Source: Candidatus Ghiorseimicrobium undicola
Lineage (GTDB): Bacteria; Omnitrophota; Gorgyraeia; Ghiorseimicrobiales; Ghiorseimicrobiaceae
Assembly (NCBI GenBank): GCA_002796125.1
Contig: PCWA01000075.1
Coordinates: 10,317-74,316, forward strand
Reading direction: 5' to 3'
Length of the DNA: 64,000 nucleotides
Part shown: piece by piece, positions 1-8,992 of the stretch
Layout of the letters: each line of letters starts with the position of its first letter
How positions within the stretch are numbered: position 1 is the stretch's first letter
Notes under the pieces: model-generated
What the model saw: only the letters and a program-made list of their open reading frames with translations
Database searches by the model: none
Told to the model about the DNA's origin: nothing
Position numbers and translations under genes: made by a program

Positions 1-358
1 TTCCCAAAGCGAAACTGCCATGTTTGGTAACAAAACTAACGGCCGGCGTAGGCACGGCTTTTTGAGATAATGATACTGCTATATTATTTGCTGCCATAAC
101 TTCACATACAGTTTCCGCGAATTTATCGGATAAAAACCGTGTATCATAGCCTACGGCTACCTGTTTTGGCTTATCGGCTAAGTCTTGATTAATATAATCA
201 CACACTGCCTGCGTAAGCACCCTTACATTATGGAATGTAAAATTATCGGCGATTACGGCACGCCAGCCATCAGTACCGAATTTAATGGTTCGGCTCTGCT
301 CACCATTAATCCTGAGCGAAGTCGAAGAATTAATTTGTCCCCTTGCTTCTTGTTGCAT
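1..358 (-). CDS. Phosphoglucomutase/phosphomannomutase family protein, 5' part (runs off window start)
   Basis: Manual translation from ATG at 358 (GGAGG RBS upstream): MQQEARGQINSSTSLRINGEQSRT-IKFGTDGWRAVIADNFTFHNVR...VAVGYDTRFLSDKFA...VPTPAVSF. FGTDG.R and GYDTR are alpha-D-phosphohexomutase motifs. Not in the ORF track. Confidence 0.92.
   Translation of the reverse strand, partial: MQQEARGQINSSTSLRINGEQSRTIKFGTDGWRAVIADNFTFHNVRVLTQAVCDYINQDLADKPKQVAVGYDTRFLSDKFAETVCEVMAANNIAVSLSQKAVPTPAVSFVTKHGSFALG
282..333. repeat. REP-like inverted hairpin doublet flanked and separated by TTAA, inserted in frame in the phosphohexomutase N-terminus
   Basis: TTAA-TGGTTCGGCTCTGCTCACCA-TTAA-TCCTGAGCGAAGTCGAAGAA-TTAA; removing 48 bp restores CAA ATT AAA TTC GGT (QIKFG). 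Confidence 0.75.
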
Positions 359-385
359 TATCACTTCCTCCATAATCTGATGATT

Positions 386-952
386 TTATCTATATAAACG
401 ATACTTTCTTATATAAGCTACAACCTTATCTGGAGTTAGATAGCGTATAGACATATCTTTTTTAACCAGATACCTGATTAATGACGAAGAAATATCCACC
501 TGTGCCACATTAATTTTTAAAAAATCCCTTCCCGCCAGTCTTTTACCGAAACCCGGGCGCTTTGCCAAGACAAACCTTGCTAATTTATGAATTTCTTCAA
601 CGTTTTTCCATGTCGGTATCTCATTTACCAGGTCAGAACCGCAAATGAAAAATAACTCTGAACGTAAATATTCTTTTTTAATTTCCCGCAAGGTATCTAC
701 GGTGTATGACTTGCCTTTACGTTTTATTTCGATATCGGAAACGAAAAAATAACGGTTATCTCCTACCGCCAGCCTAATCATGCCCAAACGGTGCTCTGGC
801 GCAATAATGCTTTTACCAGCTTTATGCGGCGGTATAAACGCAGGTACAAAAATTACCTTATCCAGCCCGAGCTGGCCCAAAACCTGCTCTCCTAAGATCA
901 AATGGCCGTAATGGATAGGATTAAATGTCCCGCCGAGTATCCCAATTTTCAT
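386..952 (-). CDS. nadD: Nicotinate-nucleotide adenylyltransferase
   Basis: MKIGILGGTFNPIHYGHL, SYTVDTL, ISSS motifs. Start moved to ATG 952 because the ORF-track extension is repeat-derived. Confidence 0.95.
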   Translation of the reverse strand: MKIGILGGTFNPIHYGHLILGEQVLGQLGLDKVIFVPAFIPPHKAGKSIIAPEHRLGMIRLAVGDNRYFFVSDIEIKRKGKSYTVDTLREIKKEYLRSELFFICGSDLVNEIPTWKNVEEIHKLARFVLAKRPGFGKRLAGRDFLKINVAQVDISSSLIRYLVKKDMSIRYLTPDKVVAYIRKYRLYR

Positions 953-972
953 AACATCGTTATTGGCAGTAC

Positions 973-1058
973 GGTTACGTAGCTGGAAAAGATTAACGTC
1001 AATCGTAAAACGTAAAAACGATAAGCGCAAAACGAATAGCGTTTCGAGTTACGCAACC
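973..1058. mobile_element. 86-bp TIR element (family B), copy 1
   Basis: GGTTACGTAGCTGGAAA ... TTTCGAGTTACGCAACC imperfect 17-bp TIRs; 52-bp heptamer-like core aligns without gaps to 37324-37409. Confidence 0.75.
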
Positions 1059-1088
1059 CTTCAACGATAGACACATTATTTATACCTG

Positions 1089-2351
1089 TTATTGCCTAAT
1101 CTGCCCATTTCCGTAAACCTGATATTTATAACTGCAAAGCTCCTCTAATCCCATCGGGCCTCGCGCGTGAATCTTATCGGTAGAAATACCAATTTCCGCC
1201 CCTAACCCAAATTCATGGCCATCGCTAAAACGCGTAGAGGCATTATGAAATACGCTTGCCGAATCCACTTTGCCAAGAAATTTTTTTGCCATATCGGCAT
1301 CATCGGTAACGATGCTGTCTGAATGATGCGAACCATAATAGTTTATATGCTCTATGGCTTCATCGATGTCTTTAACAACTTTAACTGCCAGGATAAGGCC
1401 TAAAAATTCTTTAGACCAATCGCTGATATTGGCTTTTTTTACCGAACCTTTTAAAATCTTATACGTTTGGGGGCATCCTCTTATTTCCACTCCAGCCTTT
1501 TTAAATCTCTTTGCCATGCCTGGTAAAAAACGCCCGGCAACATCCTGATGGACCAGAAGTGTCTCAGCGGCGTTGCAAACAGAAGGCCGTTGCACCTTCG
1601 CATTGAAACAAATATCCTCTGCCATATTTAAATCTGCATTACTATCTACATAAACGGCACAAATGCCTTTATAATGTTTTATCACCGGAATACGCGAGAG
1701 CTGCGATACTTTTCTGATTAAAGCTTCTCCGCCTCGCGGAATGACCAAATCAATATACTTATCACTCTTAAGTAAAAAATTGACTACTGCCCTGTCGGTA
1801 TCGCCAATTAAATTAAAAGCTCCTTCTTTAACTCCGCCTAGTTTTGCCGCCTCCTTCAATACCGTAAATATAGCGAGATTTGAATTTATGGCTTCGCTGC
1901 CTCCTCTTAGTATAGATACATTGCCAGACTTTAATGCCAGGCCGATACAATCGCTTGTGACATTCGGACGAGACTCATATATAATCAGAATTACGCCTAT
2001 GGGAACACGGACCTTATCAATTTTTAAGCCGTTGGGGCGCAGGTTTTCAGAAATTAAGCTGCCAACCGGGTCTTTTAGTAAAATTAATTCCTCCAGAGAC
2101 TTACTCATCTGGCCTATCCGTTTTTCATCGATGAGTAATCTGTCGATAAGGCTTTTGGATAAAGATTTTTTCTTAGCAATATTAATATCCAGCCTATTTT
2201 TCTTGATTATATAATTTTTATTTTCAATAAGCGCTTTCGCCATAAAAGATAAGGCGCGGTCTTTAATTTCACCGGGCAAAAATGAAACTTCAAAGCTTGA
2301 CTCTTTTGCTTTTTTTAACAGCGAGAGTATATTTTTTTTCTTATTTTCCAT
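1089..2351 (-). CDS. proA: Gamma-glutamyl phosphate reductase
   Basis: IYESRPNVT, PRGG, QRPSVCNAAETLLVH, NASTRFSDG, STDKIHARGPMGL. Confidence 0.97.
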   Translation of the reverse strand: MENKKKNILSLLKKAKESSFEVSFLPGEIKDRALSFMAKALIENKNYIIKKNRLDINIAKKKSLSKSLIDRLLIDEKRIGQMSKSLEELILLKDPVGSLISENLRPNGLKIDKVRVPIGVILIIYESRPNVTSDCIGLALKSGNVSILRGGSEAINSNLAIFTVLKEAAKLGGVKEGAFNLIGDTDRAVVNFLLKSDKYIDLVIPRGGEALIRKVSQLSRIPVIKHYKGICAVYVDSNADLNMAEDICFNAKVQRPSVCNAAETLLVHQDVAGRFLPGMAKRFKKAGVEIRGCPQTYKILKGSVKKANISDWSKEFLGLILAVKVVKDIDEAIEHINYYGSHHSDSIVTDDADMAKKFLGKVDSASVFHNASTRFSDGHEFGLGAEIGISTDKIHARGPMGLEELCSYKYQVYGNGQIRQ

Positions 2352-2365
2352 ATCTATTCGAATTA

Positions 2366-3430
2366 TTATATAATTACCAAATCATTGCGGTGTATTATCT
2401 CGCAGGAATGCCGCCTGCCCTTTATTAATTCAAGTTCATGCCAAGAACATGCTGTCCTGCCTCTGGCGATTTCCTTGTTATGCCTATTTAACACGGAGAC
2501 GATATCCCCTTTTTCGAATTTTCCTTCGCTTTTAAGCACTCCGACAGAAAGAAGGCTCTTAAATTTCTTAAGCAGAGCTTGCTCTGCCCCTTCATCTATA
2601 AAGATACCGCCTTTGGGCTTAACACCATAAGCTATCCAGCTTTTTTTACCGGCAAACCTAGACAAAGACGGAAGAAATGTCGTCCCTGCGGTTTCCTTAT
2701 GCAGTACTATGCGGGGCAATATATCCGCAATTTTACCATTGGCGATTATACAGGGAATACCTGAATTCACGGCTTTTTCTGCCGCTTCAATTTTAGTTAT
2801 CATCCCTCCTCTGCATATATTCTTTTTAGTAGGGCAAGCCAACTTTTTAATATCCGGGGTTATTTTTGGAACTAAAGGAACCAACGCTTTTACCTCATCA
2901 AATAAACCGTCAACATCGGAGAGATTCACCAATAGGTCTGCTTTAAGCATTATTGCCACAAGGCTGGCAAGATTATCATTATCGCCAAATTTTATTTCTT
3001 CGGTAGATACGGTATCATTTTCATTAATAACAGGCACTGTTTTTAAACGCATAAGCGAAAGAATCGTATTTTTCGCGTTGAGATATCTTCGCCTGTCGTC
3101 AAAATCATCCCAGGTAAGCAAAAGCTGCGCGCAATGTTTTCCTTTATCGCCGAATGCCTCAATATAACTTTGCATTAAAAGTCCCTGCCCGACCGAAGCG
3201 CATGCCTGAAGATCGTCTATTTTATTTGGCCGTGATTTAAATTTTAAAACAGGCATGCCGGAACTGACAGCTCCCGAAGATACCAATACCGCATTTATGC
3301 CCCTGTCAATCAAAGCGCAAACCTGTCCTACCAGGATACCTAAAAAATGAGTATCAAGCTTATTATCTTTACTTAATATGCTTGAGCCTATTTTAACTAC
3401 AATTTTTTTGTAAATTACGCCTGATTGCAT
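2366..3430 (-). CDS. proB: Glutamate 5-kinase with PUA domain
   Basis: VVKIGSS, VSSGAV, INENDTV, FGDNDNLA, GGMITKIEAA. Confidence 0.97.
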   Translation of the reverse strand: MQSGVIYKKIVVKIGSSILSKDNKLDTHFLGILVGQVCALIDRGINAVLVSSGAVSSGMPVLKFKSRPNKIDDLQACASVGQGLLMQSYIEAFGDKGKHCAQLLLTWDDFDDRRRYLNAKNTILSLMRLKTVPVINENDTVSTEEIKFGDNDNLASLVAIMLKADLLVNLSDVDGLFDEVKALVPLVPKITPDIKKLACPTKKNICRGGMITKIEAAEKAVNSGIPCIIANGKIADILPRIVLHKETAGTTFLPSLSRFAGKKSWIAYGVKPKGGIFIDEGAEQALLKKFKSLLSVGVLKSEGKFEKGDIVSVLNRHNKEIARGRTACSWHELELIKGRRHSCEIIHRNDLVII

Positions 3431-4376
3431 CTAAAAGCCTATCCAGATTATGCCGTTTTTGGGCGGATATGGAAATAACATCAACATCCAGTTGTTCTTT
3501 AAACTTTATTAAATTTTGCTCTGAGCCATTCAAATCCATTTTATTCGCTACTATTATCTGCGGTTTTCCTATAATCTTGTTTTTATACAATTTTAGCTCT
3601 TGATTGAGGGTTTGGTAAGCATTCACGGGCTCATCACTCGAAGCGGCCGACATGTCTATGAGGTGGATTAAAATTTTAGTCCGTTCAACATGCCTTAAAA
3701 ACTCAAAACCCAGGCCTTTACCGGCATGGGCATCCCGGATAATACCCGGAATTTCGGCAACTACAAAAGAAAAATCTCCGCATTTTACTATACCCAGGAC
3801 CGGGCTTTTTGTAGTAAAAGGATAGGGTGCGATTTTTGGCCTTGCTTTTGAAATAACCGACAATAAGCTAGATTTACCTGCGTTGGGCAAGCCGATTATG
3901 CCCACATCGGCAATAAATTTCAGCTCTAAAAGAAGCCTTCGTCTTTCTCCGGATTTTCCTTCCGTAGCATTTTCTGCGCGCTTATTTCCCCTGCCCCCCA
4001 AACCGCCCTTTGCCACGATAACGGTATCTGAAGCATGCTTGAGGTCTTTTAAAATACAATCGAATTTTAAATCTTTTACCACAGTGCCGCAAGGCACTTC
4101 TATCAAGCAATCACTTCCATTCCTGCCCCTTCTGCCGTTACCCTGTCCATGCGAACCTTTTTCTCCGGAAAAATTTTTTTTGTAATAAAAATCTAAAAGG
4201 GTATGCATGCGGGAAGACGCTTTTAAAATAACATCTCCTCCGTTGCCTCCATCTCCGCCGTCAGGCCTCCCTCTGCCTTTTCTACCGGGACGCACAAATT
4301 TATCACGATAAAAGCTATTAACACCATTACCGCCTCTGCCGGCTTCAACTTCTATTTCTATCTTATCAATGAACAT
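3393..4376 (-). CDS. obgE: Obg/CgtA GTPase (short form, no C-terminal extension)
   Basis: MFID start at 4376, Gly-rich Obg fold, GLPNAGKSS, YPFTT, NKMD. Confidence 0.96.
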   Translation of the reverse strand: MFIDKIEIEVEAGRGGNGVNSFYRDKFVRPGRKGRGRPDGGDGGNGGDVILKASSRMHTLLDFYYKKNFSGEKGSHGQGNGRRGRNGSDCLIEVPCGTVVKDLKFDCILKDLKHASDTVIVAKGGLGGRGNKRAENATEGKSGERRRLLLELKFIADVGIIGLPNAGKSSLLSVISKARPKIAPYPFTTKSPVLGIVKCGDFSFVVAEIPGIIRDAHAGKGLGFEFLRHVERTKILIHLIDMSAASSDEPVNAYQTLNQELKLYKNKIIGKPQIIVANKMDLNGSEQNLIKFKEQLDVDVISISAQKRHNLDRLLDAIRRNLQKNCS

Positions 4377-4382
4377 TTTATT

Positions 4383-4444
4383 AGCGGATAGCGGATAGCG
4401 GATAGCGGATAGCAAAAACTAAACGCTATGCGCTATACGCTAAA
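4383..4444. repeat. Mirrored heptamer array (AGCGGAT)x4 facing CGCTATG-CGCTATA-CGCTAAA
   Basis: Directly visible between the obg start and the rplU stop. Confidence 0.85.
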
Positions 4445-4745
4445 TTTTTATCTCTTCTATCTTTAAGCGGGTTAGATTCTGTCTGTGGCCTACTTTACGA
4501 TGATAGCCTTTTCTTCTTTTGAACTTAAAAGCTATAACTTTCTTAGACTTGACATCGCCAGTGATGGAAGCGCTCACTTTAGCCCCTTTTATGTATGGCC
4601 TGCCTATAGTTATATTTTCACCCGAAACCAGAAGTACTTTGTCAAACGTGATTTTACGCTTAGCACCCTTCAGCTTCTCAGTTTCTACAACATCTCCGGG
4701 AGCTACTTTGTATTGTTTATTTTCTACCTCTATAATTGCATACAT
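4440..4745 (-). CDS. rplU: 50S ribosomal protein L21
   Basis: MYAIIEVENKQYKV...KRRKGYHRKVGHRQNLT; AGGAGG RBS. Confidence 0.97.
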   Translation of the reverse strand: MYAIIEVENKQYKVAPGDVVETEKLKGAKRKITFDKVLLVSGENITIGRPYIKGAKVSASITGDVKSKKVIAFKFKRRKGYHRKVGHRQNLTRLKIEEIKI

Positions 4746-4777
4746 GTTATACAATTCCTCCTTTCAGAAAGTGATAA

Positions 4778-4806
4778 ATAATAACACAATAACGCTATCG
4801 CGTCAA
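4778..4806 (-). promoter_or_regulatory. Predicted sigma70 promoter for rplU-obg-proBA
   Basis: TTGACG-N17-TATTAT with TGn extended -10. Confidence 0.75.
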
Positions 4807-4822
4807 CCCCGTTAGAGATTAC

Positions 4823-5049
4823 GATAATGTCAAATAAATTGTGTAAATTGTTTATCCATGGCTGCCTTGTCCCGATTTTTCGCAGGGACGCATAATTTTC
4901 CCCTGCGTGGAAAATTATGCTCCGCTACTCGGCCTCGCTCTGGCCGACAGGTAATCAAAGGCCAGCCGTGCCCGCTCGGCCTGCGTTAGGCCCTGCTCAA
5001 AATCAGTCCAAGCCAGCAGGTAAATTTACATAATTTATTCTACTCAACC
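4823..5049. mobile_element. MITE family M copy 1 (227 bp), IS256/Mutator-like ends, 9-bp TSD
   Basis: Ends GATAATGTCAAATAAATTGTGTAAATT / AATTTACATAATTTATTCTACTCAACC; flanks AGAGATTAC (4814-4822) and AGAGATTAT (5050-5058); homologous to 23566-23800 and 41176-41322. Confidence 0.88.
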
Positions 5050-5054
5050 AGAGA

Positions 5055-6521
5055 TTATGGTGTTATTCTCAGCTCTTCACCGGCCATTTCCCTCGATGCG
5101 ATAACGTTGATCTTCTTTTTAAAATCTTTTTCCAACTTTAAAAGGTGGCGCCTGTCATCGCCCTGCAATCTTTCGGCAATCTGCGGGGGTAAATATATGT
5201 CTACTTCTCTTATTTGCCGCCCTCCAGCCTTAAGCTTCTTCTTTAATTCCTTTAAAGCCAGAATAGAAAGAGTAGCTGCCGATTTAACCTTACCCTTGCC
5301 GGCGCAATGAGGGCATGTCACATAGGATACGCTTTCGACCGCCTGATGCGTACGCTCGCGAGTCATTTCCACAAGGCATAACTTAGACATGCCCAGGATG
5401 TCAGTTTTCGCGTGGTCAAAAGATAAAGCATATTTTAGCTTACTCATTACAGCCCGCCGATGAGCATCCCTGGACATATCAATAAAATCTATCACTATGA
5501 TTCCGCCTAAATCCCTTAAGCGTAACTGCCGGGCTATTTCTACTGCCGCCTCTATATTTACGGTAAAGGCCATATCTTCCTGCCCTGTTTTTTTCTTAAA
5601 CCTGCCGCTATTGACATCTACTACCACCAACCCTTCAGTCGGCTCGATAATAATATAGCCTCCGCATTTCAGGAAAATCTTCGCTTCGTATATCTTATCT
5701 ATCTGCTCTTCAACATGTTTATGCTCAAAAAGAGGCATGGGCTGGCGATACCACTCCACTCTTTTTTTAAGATGTGATAAAAACGTGGAGATAAACCTGT
5801 AGACTCTTTTAAATTCATATTTTGAGTCGATAATCAGCTTGTTTACGTCTTCTCCGAACGAATCGCGTACCACGCGCAGCACCACATCATACTCTTCATA
5901 TACTAAAGAAGGCGCTTTCTTGCGGGAGGTGTTCTTTAAAATGCTGCGCCAGAGCTTTAACAAAAAATGCGCGTCTCTTTGCAATTCACGCTGGCTCTTG
6001 CCCTGACTTGCGGTACGCACTATAAAACCAATATCCTTAGGGAGCTTAAGCTCATTAAGTAAAGCGCGCATCCTGACTCTTTCTTTATCGTCTTCGATTC
6101 TACGCGATATGCCGTGGTGAGCATCTTGGGGCATAACAACTAAATATCTGCCGGGGATAGAAATATGAGAAGTAAGCCGCGGCCCTTTGGTGCCAAACTG
6201 TTCTTTCACAACCTGGACCAGTATTTCCTGCCCTTCTTTAAATTCTCTGGCAACTCCTCCGTTCTTATGGCCGTTCGTATCAAATTCTACTTCTAAATCA
6301 AAGGCTTCCGATAAATAAAGGAATCCTTTTTTGACAAGCCCGATATCCACAAAAGCGGCACCGATAGATTTTACTATCGAGTCAATCCTGCCTTTATAGA
6401 TATTGCCGACGAGCGGTTTCTTATCAGGCCTTTCAATATAAAAATCACAAATACGGCCGTCTTCAACCACCACTACCCTTTTTTCTTGAGGTTCTATATT
6501 TACAAGTATTTCTTTAGACAT
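5055..6521 (-). CDS. rng: Ribonuclease G/E family
   Basis: GNIYKGR, AAFVDIG, VDVNSG, LRDLGGIIVIDFIDM, CPHCAGKG. Confidence 0.95.
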   Translation of the reverse strand: MSKEILVNIEPQEKRVVVVEDGRICDFYIERPDKKPLVGNIYKGRIDSIVKSIGAAFVDIGLVKKGFLYLSEAFDLEVEFDTNGHKNGGVAREFKEGQEILVQVVKEQFGTKGPRLTSHISIPGRYLVVMPQDAHHGISRRIEDDKERVRMRALLNELKLPKDIGFIVRTASQGKSQRELQRDAHFLLKLWRSILKNTSRKKAPSLVYEEYDVVLRVVRDSFGEDVNKLIIDSKYEFKRVYRFISTFLSHLKKRVEWYRQPMPLFEHKHVEEQIDKIYEAKIFLKCGGYIIIEPTEGLVVVDVNSGRFKKKTGQEDMAFTVNIEAAVEIARQLRLRDLGGIIVIDFIDMSRDAHRRAVMSKLKYALSFDHAKTDILGMSKLCLVEMTRERTHQAVESVSYVTCPHCAGKGKVKSAATLSILALKELKKKLKAGGRQIREVDIYLPPQIAERLQGDDRRHLLKLEKDFKKKINVIASREMAGEELRITP

Positions 6522-6531
6522 AGTTTAGTTA

Positions 6532-6590
6532 TTTGAGTTGTTTTGAGTTCTTTGAGTTGCTTGAGTCCTTTGAGTTTAAACTCAATAAAC
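6532..6590. repeat. Mirrored 9-10-mer array (TTGAGTY)x5 facing AAACTCAAT
   Basis: tttgagttg ttttgagttc tttgagttgc ttgagtcct ttgagttt aaactcaat; overlaps the DUF2344 stop codon. Confidence 0.8.
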
Positions 6591-6929
6591 CCGGATTCCT
6601 TCCGGCAGCTGTTCATTCATTTTCCTGCAAAAATCATCTCCCGGAATTTTTCGAGTTAATAAAATTACTGCTTCTTCTTTTTCCGATTCTATACCGAGTT
6701 TTAACGCCCGTTTTATGCTTAATTTCAAATGCGGGTTAAACCCTTTAGATACAAAAACGGGCAACTCTGCTCTGCGAGCCGCCCGGGCAAATAGACGCAT
6801 GAGATCAAGATGCGAGATAAACCGCATTCTTTTATTTTTGCTAAAATAAAAATTCAATTCGTACTTTACTACCGCGCCAGCCTCGCTAGCCTTGCTTAGC
6901 GGGTAAGAGAGCCTGCTTTTATTTCTCAT
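6582..6929 (-). CDS. Radical SAM-linked protein (TIGR03936/DUF2344 family), short form
   Basis: MRFISHLDLMRLFARAARRAELPVFVSKGFNPH...ALKLGIESEKE...LPEGIRV; start uncertain. Confidence 0.85.
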   Translation of the reverse strand: MRNKSRLSYPLSKASEAGAVVKYELNFYFSKNKRMRFISHLDLMRLFARAARRAELPVFVSKGFNPHLKLSIKRALKLGIESEKEEAVILLTRKIPGDDFCRKMNEQLPEGIRVY

Positions 6930-6980
6930 TCTGAATGTTTCCAAATATCAGACTATAGTATCAGCTAAACGCTAAACTTA

Positions 6981-8585
6981 TTATTTTAGCGGCCGTTCTA
7001 CCCTCTCGCTTAACTGGGTCAATTCTTCGCTGGATGTCTGTCCCGGCTCGACAATTTTCGCGGTAATAAAAACGAGCAAATCTATTTTCTCCGTATCTGT
7101 AGTTTTTCTCTGGAATAACCAACCCAGTAAGGGGATCTTCCCCAAGAATGGAACCCCTTGCCTGCCTTCCTTTTTAACGTCCTTAAGCAAGCCTCCGATC
7201 ACGATGGTTTCGCCGTTCTTCATTAATATCTGCGTATCGGCCTCACGGGTAATTATAATTGGATATTCCGCCAAAGTTGTCCCGTTAGAATCTTGCGCCT
7301 TTACCGTATCCGTAAAAGATGTAACCGCAGGATGTACTATCAAATTTATATAATCACCGCCGCTTATTTGAGGAACAACGTTTAATTGTATTCCTATGTC
7401 GCGATAGGTATCCAATGAATAATTATATATCACCCCGCCGGAGGTAGTAGTGGATTGCTCCGCCTTAAGAAAGGGGAATTTAGTACCTACTAATATAGCC
7501 GCTTCCTGATTGTTAAGGGTCAGTATACGCGGCGCCGAGAGAGTATTGGCGTGGATATTCTCTTCCAAGGCGTGAAGCACCACTTCAAATTGGGTGCCGG
7601 TTAATTTCTTGTAGAGGATTTCAAACCCTGTATTAAACGGCTCTGAGCTTGAAATCGTGCTCTGCTTAGGCCCGAATACGGAAGATGCCGTTTCTGAAGA
7701 CAATAACTGTCCGCCGAATTGAGAATTAGGCTCGCGCGTTCCGTCTGCACCCACGCGCTTACTGGCATCAACCAAACTAATAGTTGATGATTCTGCGCCT
7801 GAAGATCCTGTGCCCCAATCAAAACCTATATCGGTAAGCTCATCCCTGTTTACTTCCACAATTCTCGCTTCAATTAATATCTGTTCAGGGAGAATATCGA
7901 TATCGTTAACCACTTTTTCCATTTCATCCAAGACCGGTCGCACATCGGTAACAAGAAGAACCTTGGAGCGTGAAATCTGTCCTCCTCTTATCCTCTCGCG
8001 CTTAGACTGGTCGTCAACCGTGCCAAATTCCCAACCGGCCTGGCCGGTAGTTTCCAATACGGTAATCTTTCCTCTCTCGGATTTGATAGAATTTAAAGTA
8101 TTTGCTACATCTTTAGCATCTAAATATTTTAGCCTAAAAACCCTGGTTTCCGTGGTTTGTGTTTGCGAAAATTCCGCCTCAAGCTTCTGTTGTTCCGCCA
8201 GCTTTTCAAGAGGCCCGATAATAATAATACTGCCTTTTTTTACGTAACCAAACCCGTAGGTTTTAACTACCGCATCAAGGGCCTCATGCCAAGGCACGTT
8301 TTCAAGCCTTATCGTAACCAATCCCGTTACTTCCGGCCCCGGCACTATATTGACCCCGCTTTTTAAAGAGATAACCCGCAAGACGTTACGTATATCGGCA
8401 TCTTTAAAATCAAGCGTTATATTAGGACTCTCTTCTGCCGCGGCATTTTGCATTTCGGCAGGATTATTTTCAATGTTAGGATTCAAAGCGTTATCCGCAT
8501 AAACGCCTACGTTCCCAGATAAAAATAAAAAGCATAAAAACATAAAACAAAAAAACATTCCCCTGGTCCCTTTTATCTTCTTCAT
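6981..8585 (-). CDS. pilQ: Type IV pilus secretin PilQ/GspD
   Basis: ITLDFKDADIRNVL, QILIEARIVEV, LSAPRILTLNNQEA, GETIVIGGL, VPFLGKIPLLGWLF. Confidence 0.9.
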   Translation of the reverse strand: MKKIKGTRGMFFCFMFLCFLFLSGNVGVYADNALNPNIENNPAEMQNAAAEESPNITLDFKDADIRNVLRVISLKSGVNIVPGPEVTGLVTIRLENVPWHEALDAVVKTYGFGYVKKGSIIIIGPLEKLAEQQKLEAEFSQTQTTETRVFRLKYLDAKDVANTLNSIKSERGKITVLETTGQAGWEFGTVDDQSKRERIRGGQISRSKVLLVTDVRPVLDEMEKVVNDIDILPEQILIEARIVEVNRDELTDIGFDWGTGSSGAESSTISLVDASKRVGADGTREPNSQFGGQLLSSETASSVFGPKQSTISSSEPFNTGFEILYKKLTGTQFEVVLHALEENIHANTLSAPRILTLNNQEAAILVGTKFPFLKAEQSTTTSGGVIYNYSLDTYRDIGIQLNVVPQISGGDYINLIVHPAVTSFTDTVKAQDSNGTTLAEYPIIITREADTQILMKNGETIVIGGLLKDVKKEGRQGVPFLGKIPLLGWLFQRKTTDTEKIDLLVFITAKIVEPGQTSSEELTQLSERVERPLK

Positions 8586-8992
8586 CGGCCCTCCTCCCGG
8601 AGCAAGACTTCACGCCTTTCTCCATTTTGCAAAACCACGACTTTATCTTTTTCTATATCCAAAATTTCCATGCCCGCAACAATTTCTCCCTTTTTTACAA
8701 TTTCCCCATTTATAATGGCCAGCGATTCTCCGCTATAATCATAGATAATGCCCTCTAAATAAAAACCGGATTTATCCGCTTCATCTTCGAAGCTGCGTAT
8801 TAAACCCTCCGGAGTAACCAAGGGTATGAAAGGATCCCTCTTGCCCTGCGCCTTGTAAAGAAATACCGCCTCTTCATTATCCGTATCTGCGGCAAAAAGA
8901 CAAATATTAAACATTGGGAAAAAAGCGATAATAAGCATAGCATAGAAAAAATAGCCGGAAATTATACATTTAAAACCGCTGGATTTATTCAT
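8582..8992 (-). CDS. PilP/GspC-like pilus assembly protein
   Basis: RDPFIPL motif then LEGIIY...AIINGEIVKKGE; position between pilO and pilQ. Confidence 0.7.
   Translation of the reverse strand: MNKSSGFKCIISGYFFYAMLIIAFFPMFNICLFAADTDNEEAVFLYKAQGKRDPFIPLVTPEGLIRSFEDEADKSGFYLEGIIYDYSGESLAIINGEIVKKGEIVAGMEILDIEKDKVVVLQNGERREVLLREEGR

Noticed and set aside
953-1030. N-terminal extensions of nadD, obg (4377-4415) and rnfD (37302-37322) in the ORF track
   Set aside because: They derive from repeat elements; family-typical starts lie downstream.
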